In this document: positions 14,331 through 24,751 of the stretch, piece by piece
Layout: every line of letters begins with the position of its first letter
How positions within the stretch are numbered: position 1 is the first letter of the stretch
Assembly (NCBI GenBank): GCA_030704615.1
Contig: CM060731.1
Span: 9,920,001 to 9,984,000 of the forward strand
DNA from: Takakia lepidozioides
Taxonomy: Eukaryota; Plantae; Bryophyta
Direction of reading: 5' to 3'
DNA: 64,000 nt
Notes under the pieces: generated by a model
What the model was told of the DNA's origin: nothing
What the model saw: only the letters and a program-made list of their open reading frames with translations
Database searches by the model: none
Program-made: the position numbers and the translations under genes

Positions 14331-15990
14331 CCCTAATTTGTTTTTAAAAAAAAAACGACGAGTCTACATCCCATCTCCGCCATTGGATGGATGTGGACCG
14401 TCGGATGCAACCCGACACTTGGACAACCTCATGTCTCTCACGCGAGCGTACTAAGTGTGTGTGCTTCGCTTTTTGAGCTTCCTAGGCTTGTGAGGGCGTT
14501 TTGTTGTGAGTGACCCGGGCGATTGTGGGAGAGTAGAGAGAAAGAGAGACCCCCGCGTATTGCCCGCTATGTGTGGAACGGCCCAGTGCAAAGGAGTACT
14601 CGTTTGAGGAAGAGGAGTCCTGTTCACATGGGGGTGGCAGAGAAGGAGTCCAGCGACTTGGAGACCAACCCGGGGGAGGATAGTGGAGCGACTCCCAGTG
14701 CTGACTACTCAGCAGAGAGTGAGAGCACGGACGAGGAGGAAGACCAGAGTGCTGAGAAGATCATCGTTTGCATGACTCCTTCCAAGCGGCCCTTAAGGAC
14801 ATCCACCCCAACCAAGGAGGGTAACAAGCTGGCGGTGGGATCCCTAAGACCCCTTCTGTCTCTGTCTCTATCTCTTTCCCTCTCTCACCCTTAGTTCACA
14901 TGGGGGGTGCTATTCTGTGAGCCCGGAGGCGTGAGCCTGTGAGCCCAGGAAACCGTGAGCCCAGCACAGGCTCACGCCACGTCAGCATACATACAGGGCC
15001 TATTTCCGCGGGTGTCACCTATTTCCGCGGTTTGATCAGCCATTTCCCGGGAATGCAGAGTGGATATGTTACATCCATTGTATCCATTGCATCCATGCAG
15101 ACGTTATCAACATACCAAGCCCTCACAAGTTTATGTGGGTACGTCGTGAGGAGGTGCACACTGACATGATCTAAAGCGGAACCCTGCGAAATCTTTTCTT
15201 ACTCACCACCCTTGCGAACATGCCAGGTATGTGCGGGAGCATCATGGATGCTCATTAGATTTGAGAATGCCTCACAGCTCTTTGATGAGGTGGACTTCAC
15301 CGTGATGGATTCACCAACCATTCTTCTAGCAGGAATGGTTTGGAGACCAACGAGCAACCGATGCGAGAATGCTCTACACGAACCAAAGTCGTTTGTTTGT
15401 ATTTGCAATGCACTCAAGTCTGTGAGGTCCAGAGAACACTAAATAGATTGAAGGAACAATCCGGGCAGTCCATGCAACCCCCATCTCCAACAATAGTTTG
15501 TTCCCATTAATGTGCATTCCACGCACACATTGCAAACAGGACAACAAGGACACACAACCATCCTATTTCAAATTTGGCCCCGAATAAAACGAAAAGAAAA
15601 CTTCATATCAAGTGTCACAGTCATCAGAATCAGTCTCGACCTCCTGTGCTATGTCATCCACAAAGATTCTGGCCCCAACACCACGTCTTCTACCACGGCC
15701 GTGGATAGGTGGACTCCGAGTGCCATGAACGGTCATGCTTGTTGCGAGTGCCTCCGCATAGACAGGTAGCACGCAAGACCGAGGAGGACTGGAAAGAAGT
15801 CCAAACAGGTGTGATAGCCCTGGAGGGCAAGTGGAAGCATGCGGACTCCTGCACATGTCGACAAAAACCCATTCAGAACACAATATGCAATACACAAGTC
15901 CAACGAAGAGGATGTCTGCCATGTGAACTTTGCCTCAAGAAGAGTGATTCTCGATATTGAAACAACAATGCAAGCATGCACAGGTTGAAC

Positions 15991-18900
15991 TTACTCACAG
16001 GCAAAGTCGGAGTCCAGCTCCTTGTCGGAAGTCTCCTCTGTATCAATATCAGCGGGACGGGGCTTCGGAAGGACTTGAGAAGTGTGTCCACCCAAACCCA
16101 TAAGGAGGTTGTTGTAAATCTCAGCATCCCCTTCAATCCCAAAGAGATGTCGGGCACTGGCCTTGCAAGCGTGGTACGAAGCACCTGCAGTGGAATAGAA
16201 TGAAGGAAGCAGACATTGAAGACACATATGGAACGGTGGGAAGTACTGAAAGTGCAAGCTCAATCAAACCTCATGAAATCCGAATGTTGAAGAGACGAAC
16301 CTGTGCCCATTGACAAATCCAGAACTCTGGCGTCTGTGTAGGTGCAGCACTCCACAATCGTTTGAATGAAAGCCGGGCTCCTCTCCCTCGCCCCTCTCCA
16401 AGGAACCCCATTCCCCCTTCGCAAGCAGACGTTGCTGTCGACGTAGTTGTGGTGCATGTCATCCGTTGGAGGATCTGTCCTGTCGTCTATGAACTTGCCC
16501 CCATGAGTGATGGCGAACTCCGAAATGCCGGCCGGAGTCGTTGGTGGATGCACTCGGACGAGACAAACAGCTTCAAACAAATGAGTCTGCGAACAACACA
16601 TTCAGAAGGAACTAAGAAGCTTAAAAAATCAGGCCCCTACATATGAGATCGAGCGACCTATACAACTCCATCCGAGAACCACCAAGAAGAGGAAGAAGAA
16701 GGTAAATTTACCATCTCTCCCGGACGATCCCCCTTCGTAAGGTACATGCTGTTCACACAATTCCATGTCTTCAGGACTCTCATGCCCGAGGCTTTCAAAT
16801 AGCTGGCAAGTGCACGGCGACAGCGAACGTCGGCGGACTGTATGAGCACCAAAACACCTGCATCGGACAGGAAAAAATTGCAAAAGGAGAAAACCCACCG
16901 CCAGTAGCGCTCATCAAAAGCATTCCAACCCGGACAAGCACCCGATGGAGGGACATCCGGGACTGCCAACCCATCAGGGATGTCCAAGATTATGAGTTCG
17001 GCTGCATATTGCTTCTCCTTCCCGTTCACCCAGGATTTGGTCATTTTAGCCTGCAAACAAAATTACAATGGAATACTCAAGAGGATTGAAACGATCCATG
17101 CCCACTGCAGAGAAGATGCAAAAGAGAACACGCACCGTGCCGAGGAACTGTACAATCCTCTCCCACACTGGTGATGGCTCGCCCTTGTAATCAGATTTCT
17201 TCGACTCCATCATGGCAAGGAATCCGACGTTGGCCATCTCCAACCTGGTAGGGCGAATGACCCTCGTCGGATGTTCCACTGCATGGTACGGGTCCTTGGG
17301 ATCAACCACCCCCTTGTTCTTTCTCACGGATCCCCTACCATGCGGTGGAGTCTGCTGGACATGCACCACTGGGCCAATATCTGCAACACTTCCCTGCCCT
17401 TGTGCCACCTTCCCTCTACCCCTTCCTTTCCCACAACACCAGCAACATCTTTCCCCTTTGCCTTTCTACCTCTACCCGGGGTATCCTGAGCGGGAGGCTC
17501 CTTCTCTGCAAGAGTCCTCAAATTTCGCTCATGAATGTCGAGGTCGGCTGCTGCGGCAGTGGCTGCAATTCGCTCATTCTCTCTCCTCAAAGACACCTCC
17601 GGAGCTGGGGTCTCAGAAGGAGGGCAATCCAAATACCAACCACAAGAAGATAGATGGTCTGGGCCCCAGTCATGCAAGATCCCAGTAGTAAACATAGTCT
17701 GATTTCCAGCAGGGACAAGCCAGAGGTCCACGAAATCTGGATGTTTGTCCAAACAATTCTCTTCCATGAGAACAAACTTTATGTACCTGCAGGAACAAAG
17801 ACAGCCTCATTATGCAATGCAATTATTGTCTCTCAGTTTTTCCATCACATTCCCCTTAAACTGTATGCGTCACAGTACATTGAAACCACAGGACACCAAG
17901 TAAACTGAACTGCCCAGGGGAGTGCACCTGTAAGGCATCGTTTCCAGGCTTCCTCTCCTTTTTCTTGCTGGTCAAGGTCATGTGTTCGACTGATGCCACC
18001 CTCCTTGCTGAACTCTCTAAAGAAACAAGAGTCACACTGTGGCTCTCCATTTCCTCATGTATGCTTCGAAGGAGACCTTCGGTGCTGTCATAGTGATGCC
18101 ATAGTCAGCCAGCTGAGTATGCAGAACCGACCGTGCCCTTTCTTCCAACTGCAAACAATTCAAATGCAAGAATGAACCCCAAAAATCACTGCGAATGTGA
18201 GAGGCAATGGAAAGAGAAGGACAGGAAAAGAGAAAAGAAAGTGACACAGGAAAGGACAACACACCTGGCTCCAGTAAGTGGCCTTGTGAAGCCATGTGTC
18301 CAGCACATTGTCACTGACTGGAATGACACGCTGGGTCTTCTTCTCTTTCTCCGGCCTGGGGAACATGTGTGTATCCCTAACTGTGGGATCGGAGTTCCAT
18401 ATCTGTAGCCACTTCACCTTCTGTTCTGAAGACACAACGGCAGTAGACAACCTGTGTAACTTCTCCTGGGCCATCTCTGGCTTGCATGGCTTGTTATAAT
18501 GGTTTTTTATCTCCAAGAGAAACTGTGCTCCGAATGATGGGTCGGCAATTCTCAACTGCTTCACAAAAGCACTCATTATAGTCCTTCTTGTAGCGGTCAT
18601 CTCTTTTTGGATGTGAGTCTCAACCCCCTTTGCTGTCCTTCTCTCATCAGGGGTTGACCTGTAGTATTCCAGTTTGCCACGCTCCCCTGCATCTGCAATG
18701 TCTTGCTGCAAGGGAATGCACGAGAGTTGCATGAACCGAAGGGCAAGGGAAACAACAGAAACAAACATGTGGAAGCAGGACTATGGAAAGGGCAGATGAA
18801 TGAAGATGTATCTCACCGTGTACATGTACTCCATGAAAGCCTCGCGTGTCAACGAGTACCACGTTTCCGATGTCTTGGAGCTTTCGCACTTCTTGTACGT

Positions 18901-19696
18901 CTCCGCTGAAGGATGGTCTTGAAGTTGGTCAAGGGCATCTGCCCGATCCTTTGTATCCTATACAGTGTGTGAACCAGACTTGTTTTGACATGCGATGTCT
19001 CCGTTCCTCTGCAGAATGATATCTGAAAGTCAGAATGAAATTCAAGGACTTTAATCAAAGAACCAAGGAACTGCAAGTGGAACAGGTAGAATGAGAAACC
19101 AACCTGTTCACATCATTCATTGCCATCAGAAGACCCATCATGTTCCCCTCACAATCCAGCACCATCGATCGAACAGAGTAATGCCACTCTTCCTCTTGTA
19201 AGTGCAGCCTCCAAATAACAGCCATCCATGCAAGCAATCGGTGGTTCCCATCCCAAACGTGAAACATCTTCCCCGAGAATGCCTGGGTGGAAGGTTTCCT
19301 GGAGAGAAGAAGTTCGAAGGATTCGTTCACCTGTCTCCAAATAGGATCCCAGGAGTCCACGATTGACTCATCCACAAGGAGCTCATTGCCTGTGGAATCC
19401 TTTGTACAAACGTAAAACACTGCGGATCCATCCAAATACCCATGAACAAACTCGGCCTCTAGCTTGAGAATGTCCTTGATGAGGGGTGGTCGAACGACGG
19501 GCATGGAAACCATCCTACACAGGGGAATCTTCAACCTCCCACCCGGGGCAAGCATACTTTGCACCACAAGCTGAGAGTTTACCTTCTGACCCCCCAGCAT
19601 CTCAGCGGCTTTGCTTTCATAGAACTCATCGTCAACATCAACAATGATATCCTCCCCAGTCTCGAAGGGATCCTCCGCCACACTTTGCATCTTCTC
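15991..19696 (-). CDS. Spliced gene: ParB/Srx-like domain fused to a beta-class N6-adenine/N4-cytosine DNA methyltransferase fold; apparent frameshifts, possibly a pseudogene
   Basis: Exon 19696-19104 has FHVWDGNHRLLAW (ParB/Srx DG-x-HR). Exon 17050-16712 has ELIILDIPD (motif IV position) and LSDAGVLVLI. Exon 16586-16301 has RERSPAFIQTIVECCT…VLDLSMGTG (motifs X-I). Exon 16184-15991 has ASYHACKASARHLFGIEGD (motif II). These four exons have GT-AG boundaries. Frameshifts near 18908, 18050 and 17410. A further exon may extend to 15608. Confidence 0.75.
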
Positions 19697-19784
19697 CTAC
19701 AGGGTTGTCCATTCAAATTGACATAAGAGTGGGCATTAGACGAGGGTGTTTGAGCATGGCAACAGCATCTGTGGTAGAAAAGGT

Positions 19785-22700
19785 GAGCTCAAACAGTGTG
19801 CGTTGACGCACACTGTTTGACGGTCAAGGTAAGTGTTCATTGACCGTAAGTGTTGAAAGAACACTGTTTGAGCTGCCAGATAAGTGTTTATATCATTCCT
19901 CAGAGACATGCCCTATTGGCCCATTCTCAAATGAAAAAGGCAATCATAAGGGTACCTCAAACAGTGCGCCAACGCACACTGTTTGAGCTGCCAGGATATG
20001 ATGATTCAACCAATAATTCAAACCCTATGTGGCCAATTTCAGATGACAGTGCAATGACATGGCAGCTCAACAGTGTGCGTTGACGCACACTGTTTGAGCT
20101 GCCATGCAACTGATGATTGAACCTCCGAACCCGGCCCTGTATTGCCGAATTTCACAGGGAAAAACAAAGACAGGTGTGCCTCAACAGTGTGCGGCAACGC
20201 ACTTGTTTGAGCTGCCAGATAAGTTTTATCGGTCCTCAGAGACATGCCCTATGTGGCCCATTCTCAAATGAAAAAGGCATGATAAGGGTAGCTCAAACAG
20301 TGTGCGCCAACGCACACTGTTTGAGCTGCCAGTGATAGTGATGATTCAACCACTATTCAAACCCTATGTGGCCAATTTTCAGATGACAAGTGCAATGACA
20401 TGGCAGCTCAAACAGTGTGCGTTGACGCACACTATTTGAGCTGCCATGCAACTGATGATTGAACCTCCGAGACCGGCCCTGTATTTGCCGAATTTCCAGG
20501 GGAAAACAAAGACAAGTGTGCTCAAACAGTGTGCGGCAACGCACACTGTTTGAGCTGCAGATAAGTTTCATCTGTCCTCAGAGACATGCCCTATGTGGCC
20601 CATTCTCAAATGAAAAGGCAATGTAAGGTAGCTCAAACAGTGTGCGCCAACGAACACTGTTTGAGCTGCCAGGAAGTGATGATTCAACCACTAATTCAAA
20701 CCCTATGTGGCCAATTTCAGATGACAAGTGCAATGACATGGCAGCTCAAACAGTGGCGTCAACGCACACTGTTTGAGCTGCCATGCAACTGATGATTGAA
20801 CCTCCGAGACCGGCCCTGTATTGCCGAATTTCACAGGGGAAAAACAAAGACAAGGTGTGCTCAAACAGTGGTGCGGCAACGCACACTGTTTGAGCTGCCA
20901 GATAAGTGTTCATCTGTCCTCAGAGACATGCCCTATGTGGCCCATTCTCAAATGAAAAAAGCAATGATAAGGGTAGCTCAAACAGTGTGCGCCAACGCAC
21001 ACTGTTTGAGCTACCAGGATAGTGATGATTCAACCACTAATTCAAACCCTATGTGTCCAATTTTCAGATGACAAGTGCAATGACATGGCAGCTCAAACAG
21101 TGTGCGTTGACGCACACTGTTTGAGCTGCCATGCAACTGATGATTGAACCTCCGAGACCGGCCCTGTATTGCCGAATTTCACAGGGAAAAACAAAGACAA
21201 GGTGTGCTCAAACAGGTGCGGCAACGCACACTGTTTGAGCTGCCAGATAAGTGTTTATCGGTCCTCAGAGACATGCCCTATGTGGCCCATTCTCAAATGA
21301 AAAAGGCAATGATAAGGGTAGCTCAAACAGTGTGCGCCAACGCACACTGTTTGAGCTGCCAGGATAGTGATGATTCAACCACTAATTCAAACCCTATGTG
21401 GCCAATTTTCAGATGACAAGTGCAATGACATGGCAGCTCAAACAGTGTGCGTTGACGCACACTATTTGAGCTGCCATGCAACTGATGATTGAACCTCCAG
21501 ACCGCCCTGTATTGCCGAATTTCACAGGGAAAACCAGAACAAGTTGTGCTCAAACAGTGTGCGGCAACGCACACTGTTTGAGCTGCCAGATAAGTATTCA
21601 TCTGTCCTCAGAGACATGCCCTATGTGGCCCATTCTCAAATGAAAAAGGCAATGATAAGGGTAGCTCAAACAGTGTGCGCCAACGCACACTGTTTGAGCT
21701 GCCAGGATAGTGATGATTCAACACTAATTCAAACCCATGTGGCCAATTTTCAGATGACAGTGCAATGACATGGCAGCTCAAACAGTGCGTCAACGCACAC
21801 TGTTGAGCTGCCATGCAACTGATGATTGAACCTCCGAGACCGGCCCTGTATTGCCGAATTTCACAGGGAAAAACAAAGACAAGGTGTGCTCAAACAGTGT
21901 GCGGCAACGCACACTGTTTGAGCTGCCAGATAAGTGTTCATCGGTCCTCAGAGACATGCCCTATGTGGCCCATTCTCAAATGAAAAGGCAATGATAAGGG
22001 TACCTCAAACAGTGTGCGCCAACGCACACTGTTTGAGCTGCCAGGATAGTGATGATTCAACCACTAATTCAAACCCTATGTGGCCAATTTTCAGATGACA
22101 AGTGCAATGACATGGCAGCTCAACAGTGTGCGTTGACGCACACTGTTTGAGCTGCCATGCAACTGATGATTGAACCTCCGAGACCGGCCCTGTATTGCCG
22201 AATTTCACAGGGGAAAAACAAAGACAAGGTGTGCTCAAACAGTGTGCGGCAACGCACACTGTTTGAGCTGCCAGATAAGTGTTTTATCGGTCCTCAGAGA
22301 CATGCCCTATGTGGCCCATTCTCAAATGAAAAAGGCAATGATAAGGGTAGCTCAAACAGTGTGCGCCAACGCACACTGTTTGAGCTGCCAGGATAGTGAT
22401 GATTCAACCACTAATTCAAACCCTATGTGGCCAATTTTCAGATGACAAGTGCAATGACATGGCAGCTCAAACAGTGTGCGTTGACGCACACTATTTGAGC
22501 TGCCATGCAACTGATGATTGAACCTCCGAGACCGGCCCTGTATTGCCGAATTTCACAGGGGAAAAACAAAGACAAGTTGTGCTCAAACAGTGTGCGGCAA
22601 CGCACACTGTTTGAGCTGCCAGATAAGTATTCATCTGTCCTCAGAGACATGCCCTATGTGGCCCATTCTCAATGAAAAAGGCAATGATAAGGGTAGCTCA

Positions 22701-23281
22701 AACAGTGTGCGCCAACACTGTTTGAGCTGCCAGGATAGTGATGATTCAACCACTACTAATTCAAACCCTATGTGGCCAATTTTCAGATGACAAGTGCAAT
22801 GACATGGCAGCTCACAGTGCGTCAACGCACACTGTTTGAGCTGCCATGCAACTGATGATTGAACCTCCGAGACCGGCCCTGTATTGCCGAATTTCACAGG
22901 GGAAAAACAAAGACAAGGTGTGCTCAAACAGTGTGCGGCAACGCACACTGTTTGAGCTGCCAGAAAGTGTTTCATCTGTCCTCAGAGACATGCCCTATGT
23001 GGCCCATTCTCAAATGAAAAAAGCAATGATAAGGGTAGCTCAAACAGTGTGCGCCAACGCACACTGTTTGAGCTACCAGGATAGTGATGATTCAACCACT
23101 AATTCAAACCCTATGTGGCCAATTTTCAGATGACAAGTGCAATGACATGGCAGCTCAAACAGTGTGCGTTGACGCACACTGTTTGAGCTGCCATGCAACT
23201 GATGATTGAACCTCCGAGACCTGCCCTGTATTGCCGAATTTTACAGGGGAAAAACAAAGACAAGGTGTGCTCAAACAGTGC
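19785..23281. repeat. Tandem array, ~345-bp unit x ~10, three long palindromes per unit (~30 in total)
   Basis: CATGGCAGCTCAAACAGTGTGCG-TTGA-CGCACACTGTTTGAGCTGCCATG recurs at ~20058, 20399, 20737, 21084, 21429, 21769, 22111, 22458, 22803 and 23146. Two further palindromes per unit have loops GCAA and CCAA. Confidence 0.97.
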
Positions 23282-23289
23282 CCAATTTG

Positions 23290-24231
23290 GCCGTTTTGGC
23301 TACACTTTTTGAGCTTCTTGTTCGCGGTTGATGCAACCTGCAGAGATGCTGTGTGCAGTCTCTGTTCATATCGACATAGAATCTCAACTTGGGTTCACAT
23401 CAGCAATGAAGCACAAAGATGGGTTCCAAAGATTGAACCTTTTTTTGGGCTGCTCCAGAAGACTCCCCAATCGCCGGGGACCCTTTGCGCTTCGGACTGC
23501 TCTCCACGCCTCTCGTGTTCTGAGCATCTCCCCCATCCTCTCTTCCACTATTAGGTTCTTCGTGAGGCCAGCGTCAACATCATCTTGGCGTCTGCCTCTC
23601 CCTCGGATGCAGTGTCCTCCTCATCTGTTCTTTGAACTATGGCAGGCTGCTGGTCTTCCCCGGATTCCTGCTCTTCTATAACCGAACTTGTCTCTTTGCC
23701 CTCTTCTTCCGCCTTCTCCTTTTCGGCCACTCTTTCCATCCTCATTCTATATCTGGCTCTATTCTGTTTCTAGAGCTCGTGAAGTACAATGATTTCCTCT
23801 CTTCCTCCTCCGCTGGAAACAAGGGCCCCCACGATGCCTCTAGAGCTCTCCAGTTTGACGTTTGCAACAAGGGTTCCTATTGCATGTAACCAAAATCAAA
23901 ATAGGACATTGTCAACCGTATTTGGATGCGGTGTTGTTATTGTGTGCGAACGGAATTCATCCATTTCGGCGTCTTTGTATTATTCAAGAAATAAAGTGCC
24001 AGAAAATATGTGCATACGTTGCATGTACTTGTGATATATGTCAGATGTACTTCGCCGCCTGCCAATATATGGCGGCCTTCTGGAATGGTTTCAAATTCGG
24101 AAGTGCCGCACAAATCTAATGCTAGTTCAATTTGGAGCAGTTCTTGCAGATTCCCCATAAATGTTGTGCTTCACATATGCATCCACGTGTTTCGTACTGC
24201 CTGCCCTGTGCTTTGCCGTCATCGTCGCCAT
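23290..24231 (-). pseudogene. Putative upstream exons of the cargo gene (acidic/low-complexity), divergent from the transposase
   Basis: ATG context MATMTAKH near 24231, an acidic reading frame at 23745-23551, and an acceptor CTGCAG near 23340. The ParB exon starts at an acceptor (CTGTAG|GAG, 19696), which implies upstream exons. Contains stops. Confidence 0.35.
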
Positions 24232-24751
24232 GGGGTCATTCGGTATAAAAGGTTGTGTCGGAAATGATCTTGTGTTGCACACATCCGTGCGAGGTGACCT
24301 CTGGAGTGTCAGTGTTTGTGCTGTGCTCTTCTGGCACGGCACGACCTCATTACATTCGGGGTCTTCCTGTTTACTGCTCTCCAGGGTTTTTGCCGTCTTT
24401 CCATAAATGGGTTCATGTCATGTTCAGGGTTTGTTTTTCATCCAAAAACAACACGGCTTCTTGTGGCCTTCTTTATTTGAAAACAGTTTTTCTAGTTGGT
24501 GTCTCTCAGCGTGGTTATCTCCGAAGTTCAGTGCATGTCATTCTTGCAATCCTTCTGATGCATCGACCGCAGCCTTTGGGTTACTGCTACCCTTGTTGAC
24601 CTCAATTTTTTTGTGGTGGATCCCCTTTCCAGAATTGCGGGCTATCAAATCGGGGATTCCGTTGTGAATCGAAAGTTTTTGTCAGCGTAGGAAAACATGT
24701 CCAAGGACAGAGATGACTAGCATGATTTCATTCCAATGCAGGTAGTCTTCC

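Noticed and set aside
14523-14894. 123-aa acidic ORF as a host gene
   Set aside because: Low complexity, no motif, embedded in nested TEs. Possibly an exon of an unidentified element.
19850-23133. Numerous short ORFs in the array
   Set aside because: They are by-products of tandem repetition, broken inconsistently by indels.
19785-23281. CRISPR array
   Set aside because: Sequences between palindromes recur every third position instead of being unique. No cas genes, and the context is eukaryotic.
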